Source: a virus (lineage: Duplodnaviria; Caudoviricetes). From it: a stretch of DNA of 41,709 bases. The position numbers were made by a program, and so were the translations under genes. The notes below the pieces were generated by a model, which ran no database searches, had not been told where the DNA came from, and saw only the letters and a program-made list of their open reading frames with translations. The stretch is from the IMG/VR virus record IMGVR_UViG_3300020578_000170, positions 1 through 41,709 of that record; one strand, given 5' to 3'. Shown here piece by piece: positions 18,111 to 27,534 of the stretch. The stretch's first letter is position 1. Every line of letters starts with the position of its first letter.

Positions 18111-18568
18111 TATTTTACCCTATGAGTTACGACTTTGCATGAATTAAGAAATTGTTCTACCGCATCCCAATCTTTATATTCTTCATCCGACACATAATAC
18201 ACGTCAGTTATAGTGCTATTTGCGACTAATTTAGCGCAGGATAAACATGGAGGACCATTGATATAAAGCTTTTTCGGTCTCAAGCTGTAGTCGGAGTGCA
18301 GCAGTGCGTTCGCTTCTGCGTGTATGGCTATGCAATTGTGGTAGCTGGATCCACTAGGAGACATCTGCTTGAACCTAGGGCATCCGCCGTCTTCGCAGTG
18401 CACTGAACCACTTGGTCCACCGTTATATCCAAATCCAACTATATGCCCATACTCATCTACTAGTATGGCTGCATATTTTTTCTTTCCGCATGTTGAAAAG
18501 ATTGTTGCTGCGCTGTAGCACATCTGCATATATTGCAGATCTTTTCTTTTTAAATTACCATAAGTCAT
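18110..18568 (-). CDS. dCMP deaminase
   Basis: GYNG, HAEANA and PCLSC zinc-deaminase motifs. Confidence 0.9.
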   Translation of the reverse strand: MTYGNLKRKDLQYMQMCYSAATIFSTCGKKKYAAILVDEYGHIVGFGYNGGPSGSVHCEDGGCPRFKQMSPSGSSYHNCIAIHAEANALLHSDYSLRPKKLYINGPPCLSCAKLVANSTITDVYYVSDEEYKDWDAVEQFLNSCKVVTHRVK

Positions 18569-18729
18569 AGTAAGTAAACTAAATATCCGCTAATTATTCC
18601 CGACAACAACAACAGTATACCAGATCTAATCTTTATATTCTTATTTTGCGATACCTGAAACAATATTGACAAACTAATCGTCCAGTTTATTGTCAATGAA
18701 AACAGGATTATGTATAAAACATTAAGCAT
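18565..18729 (-). CDS. Small membrane protein (54 aa, two hydrophobic segments; below the track cutoff)
   Basis: MLNVLYIILFSLTINWTISLSILFQVSQNKNIKIRSGILLLLSGIISGYLVYLL; fills the gap and overlaps both neighbours. Confidence 0.6.
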   Translation of the reverse strand: MLNVLYIILFSLTINWTISLSILFQVSQNKNIKIRSGILLLLSGIISGYLVYLL

Positions 18730-19429
18730 AGGAGTACTTGCCGACTAAAGCTTTTATAGATACTGGATATAAATCTTTTACTAGCTCTAAAACTGCTTGA
18801 GCGTATTCTCTAATTTCTTCCTGCGATTCTTCTTCCAGTCTTTGTACTAGAAATAACGCAACGGACTGAAGGCTGCAGGACCATCTGTAAACAACATGCA
18901 TGGCGTAAGCTGGCAAGAACAGTCTTGCTTGCTCTGGAGCTATGCCTGATTCCATAGCTAAATTATAATAAGCTTCGCCCTGTTCAATGTATCTAATTAG
19001 CTGCTCAGATAGAGCTGCGCCAGTAAAAGGGTCGCACAAACCAGCAGAACCCTGCTTCTTGTCTTCTGGGGCAAGACGCCACTGATCTGACTTTGGTATG
19101 TAAAATTCTGGATCCATTGTTATGTATCTTCTAGAGGATTCATTCCATGAGTCCATAGTATGGTCAGAACCAACAACATATTTCCAGTGCTGCCTTGCAA
19201 CCATCAACGGTGCTTTAATCTCAAGTGTCATGAACGCATGACGGAATGGAGACATATGGTTTTCTCTAGCCAAAAAGTCAATCAATCTTGCATCATTAGT
19301 GGAAAACTGGCTGCTTTCTTTGGCAAAGGAGGCTCTTGCTGCGTTTACCACGGAAAGATCAGAACCCATATGGTCTACTAATCTTACATAACCATTTTGT
19401 AAAACTGTTATTAAATTATTTTCACTCAT
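18722..19429 (-). CDS. thyX: Flavin-dependent thymidylate synthase
   Basis: VNAARAS, HMSPF, VARQHWKY, WNESSRRY, EQARLFLP and QEEIREYA motifs. Confidence 0.9.
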   Translation of the reverse strand: MSENNLITVLQNGYVRLVDHMGSDLSVVNAARASFAKESSQFSTNDARLIDFLARENHMSPFRHAFMTLEIKAPLMVARQHWKYVVGSDHTMDSWNESSRRYITMDPEFYIPKSDQWRLAPEDKKQGSAGLCDPFTGAALSEQLIRYIEQGEAYYNLAMESGIAPEQARLFLPAYAMHVVYRWSCSLQSVALFLVQRLEEESQEEIREYAQAVLELVKDLYPVSIKALVGKYSYA

Positions 19430-19790
19430 CTTCTTCGTCTTGTTGACTTTCTTGATCTTCTAGCAATTCAGATTCTTCTATCAATAATTCTACCATATAT
19501 TCATCTAAATCTTCTGTTAACTTGTATATCGTTCCTAGTAAATCTCTTAGATCGTCACCTAAAACGTAGTCTTCTATGGACATAAAACTAATAGCCAACT
19601 CTGCCACATGCGTTGTAGCCCTAGATAAAGATTGAATTATAAAATTTAATTCTTTAAGAAGAGACTCCGTGGAGACTTTTTCTATATTGATAATAGCATC
19701 AACTCTCTGTGATTTGATATCTTCAAGGCCGTCAGATCCTATCATTTCTTCAAAAATTTTATCTATATCATCATCTTCAAATTCTGACAT
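19422..19790 (-). CDS. Highly acidic hypothetical protein (122 aa)
   Basis: Asp/Glu-rich helical ORF between the RNR gene and thyX. Confidence 0.65.
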   Translation of the reverse strand: MSEFEDDDIDKIFEEMIGSDGLEDIKSQRVDAIINIEKVSTESLLKELNFIIQSLSRATTHVAELAISFMSIEDYVLGDDLRDLLGTIYKLTEDLDEYMVELLIEESELLEDQESQQDEEDE

Positions 19791-19799
19791 AATTATATT

Positions 19800-21917
19800 T
19801 TACTTATTGTTTTCGTTGATGAATTTAATTTCACATGCATCTGTGGTGCAATAGTTTTCGCCTATGGCATCAAAGGCCATACCAGCATAAACTCCAGTAA
19901 AGTCAATTGGAAATAATTTACCAGTATAAGATTCATACTGTTCTTGTGTAATTTGAGTATATGGCATTTGCGGGTATGTCGTATTGCCTTCCGGTAAAAA
20001 GGACACTGTTTTAAGCTGTCCATCGTACATATGAAGTACTGTTCCTACATAGTCTTTTTCTTTTTCTGCGTCAAATGAAATAGTTACAGAAACTGAATTG
20101 TCAGACCAATATCTCTGAGCAGCGGCGGCTAGTGCCGTCTTTTCAAAGATTGTAACTTCCTTTTCTGATCTTTTTGCATCTGATTTAATTGGAAAATAAA
20201 CTACAGAAGTTGTATCTGGCGATTCAGAAGCTGGCTCAACAATATAATTAGCCATTTTGAATAACTCTAGCATTGGTTCCGTGTTGGAGAATCTAATAGT
20301 TCTATTGAAATATTTGCCACCAGGAGTCCAGTGAACGCCTGGTGACTCACCAGCAAGGATTGAAACAGTACCTGATGGTTTAACTGTTGTCATCTTAATG
20401 GACTCACGAATGCCAAGCCATTCGGAATAAACAGTATCATAATTTTTTACCGTCCTATAACCTTCGTCCATCCAATCTCTAAGCACTGGCATACCTACGC
20501 GATCTGCAAAATTTGCAACACCAGACATCGAAGTGCCAATACGACGATTGCGTTGCATAATTGCATTAGTCTCTTCCCAATGGGTTGGAAGTAGTGTTAC
20601 TGTTTTGGCATACAGATATGCAAATTTGAGAGTTCTCTTATAGTCATCTAGTGAATCATGACGATTTAAATAGGTCTCTACAAGAGTGCAGCATTCGTAT
20701 GATTCCAGTGACTGTTCTGCACATGGGTTATAGCCAGCTACACGCCAATCTTTATTGTTGGGAGTGTCCGCAAGACGACCATACTTTCTAGACATGTCAA
20801 GCCAAATAACTCCTGGTTCACCATTTCTGGCAATTCCGTCTACTATGGGAGAAAGATTTTGACCAACAGAAACCTCTACTGAGTTATTAGACATCCAACC
20901 CCAACCAGGATTCGCTGAGTCATATGAGTTTCTTTCTGGAAATACTTCTGAGTTCTTAAGGTTCAAAAAATCTTGGTCGTCAATTCTGCCTATAAGAAGT
21001 TCTGCTGATCTTCTTACGTTTCCTGATACAACGCAAACACCAATTAAGTTACCGATATCAGCTATATCTTTTCTGGTGAGTTTGTCTCCATCTCTTCCTT
21101 TAAACAATTTCCTAATCGCGGCGTGCAGTTTGATCAGTGGACCAGGCCCTGACGCTGTTCCACCAAAAGTTTTAATTGGAGCACCAGCAGGGCGCACTAG
21201 AGAGTAGTCAAATTCAATTGGGCTTTGATCAGCTTTTAAATACGAGTTAATAACATTGGTTACAGACTGAACCCACCCTTCTCTGCTGTCTTCTATAATC
21301 TCAACAACAGCGGGCTTTGATGATTCGTAAATTAAAAAATCTTTATCTGCACCCTTGTCATCAAAACCCACTCCTACGCCAAGCATTGAGGCTTCCATAA
21401 GAAACGCAAATGGTTTAGCTGGGTTAAACTTGTTCATTTCAGCAGTGGACACAAAAGCGCAGTTCTGAAGGGCGGCTGAGTTTTTTTGAAGATTTACAAT
21501 TTGGGTTCCCATTACCCAAAGACCACGACCTGGTGGTGTCCACTTTAAATTAAATAAACGATCAAATGCTTCCTTGGCCGAAGCCTGCGCTTTAGCATCA
21601 TTCCAAGGAAGTCTGTTTCTCTTGCAGTGATCTTTCTGCAAAGAGTACATTCCGTTAACAACTCTTTCACATACATCAACCCATGTTTCTTTAGTGTTAT
21701 CTTCTTTCAAGCGAGAGTATGTTCTAAGAAATGTTATTTCACCTACAGAGTTACCGCCAGCATCCTTGTAGCCAAAAGGAGGAGTCTTGGTTTTGTATCC
21801 AGAAAGAAATTCATCACTTATTTTAAAAGAGAACATGTTGGTAACTTTTGTGTTGACCGACGCTGGGTTAAAGTTGGTGGTTGTTTGTTCTTGCGTTGCT
21901 GTCTCAATAGACATCAT
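19800..21917 (-). CDS. nrdJ: Class II adenosylcobalamin-dependent ribonucleotide reductase (monomeric RTPR type)
   Basis: RTYSR, PPGRGLW, LQNC, GNVRRSA, NPCAEQ, TVKPSGTVS and C-terminal CTTDAC. Confidence 0.92.
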   Translation of the reverse strand: MMSIETATQEQTTTNFNPASVNTKVTNMFSFKISDEFLSGYKTKTPPFGYKDAGGNSVGEITFLRTYSRLKEDNTKETWVDVCERVVNGMYSLQKDHCKRNRLPWNDAKAQASAKEAFDRLFNLKWTPPGRGLWVMGTQIVNLQKNSAALQNCAFVSTAEMNKFNPAKPFAFLMEASMLGVGVGFDDKGADKDFLIYESSKPAVVEIIEDSREGWVQSVTNVINSYLKADQSPIEFDYSLVRPAGAPIKTFGGTASGPGPLIKLHAAIRKLFKGRDGDKLTRKDIADIGNLIGVCVVSGNVRRSAELLIGRIDDQDFLNLKNSEVFPERNSYDSANPGWGWMSNNSVEVSVGQNLSPIVDGIARNGEPGVIWLDMSRKYGRLADTPNNKDWRVAGYNPCAEQSLESYECCTLVETYLNRHDSLDDYKRTLKFAYLYAKTVTLLPTHWEETNAIMQRNRRIGTSMSGVANFADRVGMPVLRDWMDEGYRTVKNYDTVYSEWLGIRESIKMTTVKPSGTVSILAGESPGVHWTPGGKYFNRTIRFSNTEPMLELFKMANYIVEPASESPDTTSVVYFPIKSDAKRSEKEVTIFEKTALAAAAQRYWSDNSVSVTISFDAEKEKDYVGTVLHMYDGQLKTVSFLPEGNTTYPQMPYTQITQEQYESYTGKLFPIDFTGVYAGMAFDAIGENYCTTDACEIKFINENNK

Positions 21918-22621
21918 GACTCCTTGTTTTTTATTAGTTTCTTTACGTACTTTGGATCTATCTTTGATATTTCCGTTTGTTTTATCTTACTTATTTGTTC
22001 TGGCGTATAAATCTTATATATTTCTTTCTCTATAAAATAGCCACTTCTCCAATTCAAAACTTTAGAAATATTATTTTCATGCTTGGCAAAAACATTGCAT
22101 ATAACAGCTCCGCCATATATTCTTACTAAGTTTTCAAACTTCTTTACTAAATCTTCTTTGTTTTCACCTATTGACTTTGACTCTTCTGCTTTCATATATA
22201 ACCAGTTGAAAGCCTGCCTGGTTAAAGGTAAATAATCTATGCTGTCTACAACACCGTGTTGTAAAAGTTTCTTCCTATTGTTTCTTATTTTTATATCGTC
22301 TTCAACAACTTTTTTGTATATATCAACCCAATCTCTTTCGTTAAACTGAGACCATGTTGGGCACCAAAATAAAAGGTTTTGAGGTGGATCTGGAATAGCT
22401 TTTTTATCAAAAACTGGAATAAGACTGGCGCAGGCTATTGACTTTCGCACGTGAGCTTTTGCTGCATCTTCTTCAGCTATTTTGTTTGTAGTATTTGCCC
22501 AAAACTTGGCAATGTGGGGTTTCCAATCAATGTCGGCAACGTATATTCTCAAGTACATATCTGCAACGTTTGTTGGCAGTGATTCACCGGACACAACCTT
22601 CTGCAGATCTTCCATTAACAT
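21914..22621 (-). CDS. Hypothetical protein (235 aa)
   Basis: First gene after the intergenic terminator; ATGA overlap with nrdJ. Confidence 0.7.
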   Translation of the reverse strand: MLMEDLQKVVSGESLPTNVADMYLRIYVADIDWKPHIAKFWANTTNKIAEEDAAKAHVRKSIACASLIPVFDKKAIPDPPQNLLFWCPTWSQFNERDWVDIYKKVVEDDIKIRNNRKKLLQHGVVDSIDYLPLTRQAFNWLYMKAEESKSIGENKEDLVKKFENLVRIYGGAVICNVFAKHENNISKVLNWRSGYFIEKEIYKIYTPEQISKIKQTEISKIDPKYVKKLIKNKES

Positions 22622-22656
22622 GCTACCCTTATACCTCTACCTAAACTTACTGAAAC

Positions 22657-22680
22657 CTATAAAAGAGACTATAAAAGAGA
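22657..22680. repeat. Perfect 12-bp tandem duplication
   Basis: CTATAAAAGAGA at 22657-22668 and 22669-22680. Confidence 0.8.
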
Positions 22681-22703
22681 AAAACCCGCTCATAATGAGC
22701 GGG
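22673..22703 (-). terminator. Rho-independent terminator at the end of the structural block
   Basis: Minus strand CCCGCTCA-TTA-TGAGCGGG followed by TTTTTCTCTTTT. Confidence 0.8.
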
Positions 22704-22727
22704 AATTTCTCACTGTCCGCCTAGAAT

Positions 22728-22736
22728 AGTATACCA
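22728..22736 (-). promoter_or_regulatory. Possible extended -10 promoter
   Basis: Minus strand TGGTATACT; no convincing -35 at 17 nt. Confidence 0.35.
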
Positions 22737-22766
22737 TTACTAGCGCATATAATCTCAGTGTGAAAA

Positions 22767-23075
22767 CTATTTGATTATTTTTCTTCTAACATCCTTCTCT
22801 AACATTAGGTGAGCCGTTACGATCACCCAAGCTGCAAGAACTGGAAACTTAGACAGTTTACCGTCTGATAATCTCCAGAAACTTCTGGTTAGAGTTTCTG
22901 CTTTTTGACTTTTGATGGCGAATATATCATATCCAACAACAAAAGCTATTAAGGCTGCCCATCCAATTAAACCTGTTAACCTAGAATCTTTCTCTAGATT
23001 AATAGGAGAGCTAAAATAATTAGAGAGCTCTTGAAGAGGGTACACCTCTCCACTCTTGAACCTTGTTTTTGCCAT
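22767..23075 (-). CDS. Small membrane protein with two hydrophobic segments
   Basis: LIGWAALIAFVVGYDIFAI and FPVLAAWVIVTAHLML. Start uncertain (ATG 23075 or GTG 23045); the track start at 23228 overlaps the upstream gene too far. Confidence 0.6.
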   Translation of the reverse strand: MAKTRFKSGEVYPLQELSNYFSSPINLEKDSRLTGLIGWAALIAFVVGYDIFAIKSQKAETLTRSFWRLSDGKLSKFPVLAAWVIVTAHLMLEKDVRRKIIK

Positions 23076-23652
23076 ATTCGTTATCATAATCTGTTGGAAT
23101 AGCCTGTCCATAACCAGCGGTAAAGACCTTTGTGCTGGGAAGTCCATTATACTCGTCTGGTCTAAAAGATCCAAATGAAGCTGGAGCTCCTTGTGCATCA
23201 GTTCTTGCGGCGTGGCCTGTGTTGGCAAAAACGTTAGCTGAGTTTACACCATCAAAGATGTAGTTATTGTAGCTGTAATCGCTTGTTCTATCGGCATGAC
23301 CGAAACCACTTGGGAATGCAGCGGAACCTGCTAGACCCTTGTACTCCATTGGGCGGAATCTAGCGCCATCATAACCAACACCATCGGCAAATGTGCCAGA
23401 AAGTGGGTGAATATAAAGGGTAGTTCCATTAAAAATTTGAGAAAGAAGCACGCTACCAGGATGGTAACCTGTACCTGGAGTGTGTGCGTTGTCTGGTGCG
23501 CCATCCAAAACGTGGCTGGTGCTGTATAGTGGGTAGTATGAATAGGTCCCTGCGCCCTTGGTCTTACCAGTCATTGTGGTATATGGGTTGACCATTTGTG
23601 CAGTGTTTTGACCCTTAAGTACAGGACGAGGTCCTACATAAAAAGTAGCCAT
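23020..23652 (-). CDS. Gly/aromatic-rich putative virion protein (210 aa)
   Basis: Strong AAGGAG RBS; composition and position in the structural block. Confidence 0.6.
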   Translation of the reverse strand: MATFYVGPRPVLKGQNTAQMVNPYTTMTGKTKGAGTYSYYPLYSTSHVLDGAPDNAHTPGTGYHPGSVLLSQIFNGTTLYIHPLSGTFADGVGYDGARFRPMEYKGLAGSAAFPSGFGHADRTSDYSYNNYIFDGVNSANVFANTGHAARTDAQGAPASFGSFRPDEYNGLPSTKVFTAGYGQAIPTDYDNEYGKNKVQEWRGVPSSRAL

Positions 23653-23709
23653 TATAGTCTCCTTGGATAAGCTCTTAATCTTATATAGTAATTATCAATA
23701 GTGCTATGT

Positions 23710-24963
23710 TTAGTTATAATTTACGATTAAATCAGACAATACAGGGGCAGTGCCGTCTGCTAGTCCAGTTAACGTAACTTCTATCCAAACATTGTTGGAA
23801 GATCCAGGGTTTTCTAGGGTATAAATGGATCCATCTTGGTAGATGACTCTATAGCCAAATGCTTGAGACAATAAAGCTGGAGACACATTGTAAATCTTAG
23901 GAGTTACGCTTGTGATTGAGCTTATTAATTCTCCTTCTGGGGCATCAAATTTAAGAATCATTCTTCCAGATGGCAAAAACTTATCATACCTTATATCTAG
24001 ATCGCTTAAACCATAAGTATAAATCTTTTTATTATTCTCAATAAGATAGTTTTTCTGCCTCATGACTATTCTTATTGCAGTAATTTCTAACTCTGGAAAA
24101 TAGAATGCAAGTGGGCCAGAATTTAATATATAATCAGAACCCACTGTTGTCCATGCTCCTGGTGCAACCTTACCAACAGCCTCAGAGTTTCCATCATATA
24201 ATCTATCCCTATTTAAAGGATACCATCCATCCTGTTCAGTCATTGTTGGGTTAAGATTAGTTGTGTATTCAATAGAAAGAATGTCAACTCCAAATAAAGG
24301 AAATGGGTTTAATTTAATAAAGTTTGTCTTTTTTGAGCCAGTATATTCTGCTGGTATTTTTATATACAAATAAGTTTGAGCGCCGTATGGTGATGTTGTA
24401 TCGGTGATAATGCTTCTCTTCCAGTACTTATCAGATCTATCCAAAATAGCATTGTATACATTTGTACTATCAAGTATGGCGCCCTGTGTGTCGACACCTG
24501 GAAGTGTATTAGATATTTTAGTCTCAAAAAAATCTGGAATAATCTGACCCTCTACGCCAGTAAAAAACTTTAATTTAGAATGTGAAGCTCCATCTATTTT
24601 AGGTAGAGTAATAACGTTGTAAATTGGGTCATAGGAAAGGACCTCGTCAGCCTGAATGCCATCTTCGCCATTGGGTATGGCTATGTTATCAATCTGAGAG
24701 TAGCTATGAATTGATATTAAATTCTCTGCAGCCTCTAATGCAGTAATTCTATCGTCCATATCTTTAATGTATTGATTTAAAAATATGTGATCTTTTAAAA
24801 CTCTTTGAAATGCTTCAGACAGTTTTTGGTCCGTTACGTTATATTTATTATATAAATAAACTAGATCTTTATAATTTTCTTCTATTCTTGCATTATGGTC
24901 AGCGCTGTCAACTGGGCCGTTATACTGTCTGGTTCTTTTTTGTGTATATATAAATTCAGACAT
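23710..24963 (-). CDS. Putative virion structural protein (417 aa)
   Basis: N-terminal coiled coil then beta-rich domains; C-terminal APVLSDLIVNY resembles the ends of neighbouring proteins. Confidence 0.55.
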   Translation of the reverse strand: MSEFIYTQKRTRQYNGPVDSADHNARIEENYKDLVYLYNKYNVTDQKLSEAFQRVLKDHIFLNQYIKDMDDRITALEAAENLISIHSYSQIDNIAIPNGEDGIQADEVLSYDPIYNVITLPKIDGASHSKLKFFTGVEGQIIPDFFETKISNTLPGVDTQGAILDSTNVYNAILDRSDKYWKRSIITDTTSPYGAQTYLYIKIPAEYTGSKKTNFIKLNPFPLFGVDILSIEYTTNLNPTMTEQDGWYPLNRDRLYDGNSEAVGKVAPGAWTTVGSDYILNSGPLAFYFPELEITAIRIVMRQKNYLIENNKKIYTYGLSDLDIRYDKFLPSGRMILKFDAPEGELISSITSVTPKIYNVSPALLSQAFGYRVIYQDGSIYTLENPGSSNNVWIEVTLTGLADGTAPVLSDLIVNYN

Positions 24964-24964
24964 T

Positions 24965-25372
24965 TTATCCGTTTAGCCTTCTTTTTTCTAGCATTTTAAT
25001 TTTCTTAGATAGCCTACTCAATTTAGATGCTGCGGTATCTACTGTGTCTATTTGCAAATAATCTGGAGTAGCAGAGTCGCCATAGTACTCAAATTGGACA
25101 TCACTAAATATATAGTACTTTCCATCGTCATATTCTTCATGTATCTGTGGTTTTTGTGGATCAACCTGACCTACAAATATTCTCTGTTCATCATATATTC
25201 TATCATCTATATTTAAAATATATTCGTCTAGCCTATGCATGTCTATAAGAATTTTATTCATTTCCATGTTTTCCATTTCGGAATTTCTTGGGCCTCTGAA
25301 AACACTTCTATACCTTTGGTATAAAGGTTGAATTATTCTTTTAATTTCTGTATAAGTTTTTGCCATAGTCAA
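24965..25372 (-). CDS. Putative virion protein (135 aa)
   Basis: N-terminal FRGPRNSE resembles YNGPVDSA of the next gene; coiled-coil segments. Confidence 0.55.
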   Translation of the reverse strand: MTMAKTYTEIKRIIQPLYQRYRSVFRGPRNSEMENMEMNKILIDMHRLDEYILNIDDRIYDEQRIFVGQVDPQKPQIHEEYDDGKYYIFSDVQFEYYGDSATPDYLQIDTVDTAASKLSRLSKKIKMLEKRRLNG

Positions 25373-25374
25373 TC

Positions 25375-27534
25375 CTAATTGCTATTTTTAAATTTAATTC
25401 TATAAGAATTTAAAGACGGAGTTCCAAAGGGATTAGAAAATCTTGAAAAATCAGCTCTAAAACGTATAGATTTTACAGGATTTATTAAATTATTTTGAAA
25501 CACAATTCTTGAATTGTTACTTATTTGTGATCGACAAAATATTTCATTATTACCAAGATAATTATCTATAGTAAAAACTAAATCACTTTCATTTCTATTA
25601 ATTCTAAAGTCAAATGGATCTACATATGAATAATATTTAACAAAAGGTACTCCGTAGTTTGCTATAGAAACACCGCTCATTAAAGATATTGATCCTGATG
25701 AAGTTCCTGCAGCATCAAAAGTGACAACTATATTATTTACTCCCTTTTTAAATGACCAAGAAACTTCTTTTGTGGAAACGCCTGATGGAATATCTGCTAA
25801 AAGAGTTCCATTCAGATACACTGCCATATCCCAGTTAACTGATGTATCTGATTTTGATATAGAATTTATTGCTTGAGTATCTTCTTCTACTAACAATGAG
25901 GTCTGCAAAAATCCACTTATTTTTGTTAAATTTAAAGATATTGGTATTGATGGAACATTTGTTATTGGTATATTGCCAGGTTCAAATACCTGAACATTTT
26001 CAAGAGTTTTATTAATAATAGATGACCATCTATTTGTGTCTAAATATAATCCATCAGAATAAGATGTATATTTAAAGCTAAAGGAATTTACCGAGTCAAG
26101 AAGATATGAGTTATATGGCGACTGTTGTTCCTCTAATTTTGCCACCCTATAAACGGATATTCCATTGTAAATTGAATTTGAAGGATTTTTTATAGATAGA
26201 TTATTATCTGTAGATAGGTCATATAGTTTTAGCTCTCCAGCTGATGGAGATTTCTTAATGTTTTTGAACACTTTATTAGACCCAGAGAAAGAAACCACTT
26301 GATCAAATGAGGGTGAATTAGAAACGGAAGATGAAATTGGAATCCAATTAAAATCCGATACTCCTGTAGCATTTTCTACATCAGCTGCTATAAAAAAATT
26401 AACACTTCCTACACCTGGATTGCCATTTGATGCTTCAATGCTCACCGCATCTATAATTTTATTTGCATCGCCTGCTGGTATTGATATTGGCGAACTTATT
26501 AATGTAGCATTGCTGTCGTAATACTGTCCGCTAACTATTAAATCTCTTATACAAAAAGAATATTTGTATTTGTTATTTGTATTAGCGGTATTCACATAAT
26601 CTGGCTCATATTTGATTAAAGTAATTCTAAGATTACCAGACAGCTGCGGATCAAAATCAAAAGAAAATCTGTCGTAATCAGAGCTAGATTGTTTTCTTCT
26701 AAATTGCGAGTTGCTTGAATTCTGTTGATTGATTAATTCTACGACTGTAGTTACAGCTGAGCCAGTTGACATTCTTCCATCAACTTTAGAAATAACAAAA
26801 GGAACATCTAATGGAATATTTAATATAAGTGCACATGGCCCAATCACATCTGAATCAAACTCAACTTTAGACATGGTATTATTCAGTCCATCAAACATAT
26901 TATTAACGTCTGGCATCTGCTTATCTTGTACGACAACGTTGCCGTTAAACATTATTCTATACTGAACATTGGAATAATTGATTTTTCCAGGAGCATTAAA
27001 ATCTAAGGCATTAGATTTAAGCTTTGGAAGAGTAGCCTTTCTATTTTCTACGTCAACAAATGCATTAGTTAAAGACAAGTCTATGTTTGTTAAGCTAGCA
27101 AAACTTTCTGAAAAAGAGTAAAAAAATCCATCAGTGTTTGACATTGTAAACAAAATTGAGTCTATCTTTTTTTCTAAATCAATTCTTTTTTGTTTTAAAA
27201 AATCTAATTTCTTATTAAGATAAGTTATTGAGTCCATTAACTTTTCTGTATTATCATCTATTGAATCGTACAACACGTCTAAGTTGAATATATACCTAGC
27301 CATAAACTCATTCATAATATCAGGGCTAGTAACCCTAGTGTTTCTGAGCACAGTTGGATCTACTCTTAGTGGCACGCCGATCCTATTAGCGGAAAAATAT
27401 GCGTCAAATTCTTTTTTTATTTCATCATCATTTGGCTGTCTAGACACCCTGTCAGACTCAGTTACTCCAGAAGAGTATAATGATCTATAAAGATTCTCTA
27501 GAAATTTTCTTTTTTGTATCTCTGATATACTCAC
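25375..27534 (-). CDS. Putative virion (baseplate/tail) protein (719 aa)
   Basis: N-terminal coiled coil then Asn/Ser-rich beta domains; ends TPSLNSYRIKF. Confidence 0.55.
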   Translation of the reverse strand: MSISEIQKRKFLENLYRSLYSSGVTESDRVSRQPNDDEIKKEFDAYFSANRIGVPLRVDPTVLRNTRVTSPDIMNEFMARYIFNLDVLYDSIDDNTEKLMDSITYLNKKLDFLKQKRIDLEKKIDSILFTMSNTDGFFYSFSESFASLTNIDLSLTNAFVDVENRKATLPKLKSNALDFNAPGKINYSNVQYRIMFNGNVVVQDKQMPDVNNMFDGLNNTMSKVEFDSDVIGPCALILNIPLDVPFVISKVDGRMSTGSAVTTVVELINQQNSSNSQFRRKQSSSDYDRFSFDFDPQLSGNLRITLIKYEPDYVNTANTNNKYKYSFCIRDLIVSGQYYDSNATLISSPISIPAGDANKIIDAVSIEASNGNPGVGSVNFFIAADVENATGVSDFNWIPISSSVSNSPSFDQVVSFSGSNKVFKNIKKSPSAGELKLYDLSTDNNLSIKNPSNSIYNGISVYRVAKLEEQQSPYNSYLLDSVNSFSFKYTSYSDGLYLDTNRWSSIINKTLENVQVFEPGNIPITNVPSIPISLNLTKISGFLQTSLLVEEDTQAINSISKSDTSVNWDMAVYLNGTLLADIPSGVSTKEVSWSFKKGVNNIVVTFDAAGTSSGSISLMSGVSIANYGVPFVKYYSYVDPFDFRINRNESDLVFTIDNYLGNNEIFCRSQISNNSRIVFQNNLINPVKSIRFRADFSRFSNPFGTPSLNSYRIKFKNSN

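Noticed and set aside
23076-23228. Long overlapping N-terminal extension of the membrane protein gene
   Set aside because: It lies inside the 210-aa gene in another frame with no support; a later start is more plausible, and there is no in-frame CGG joining the two.
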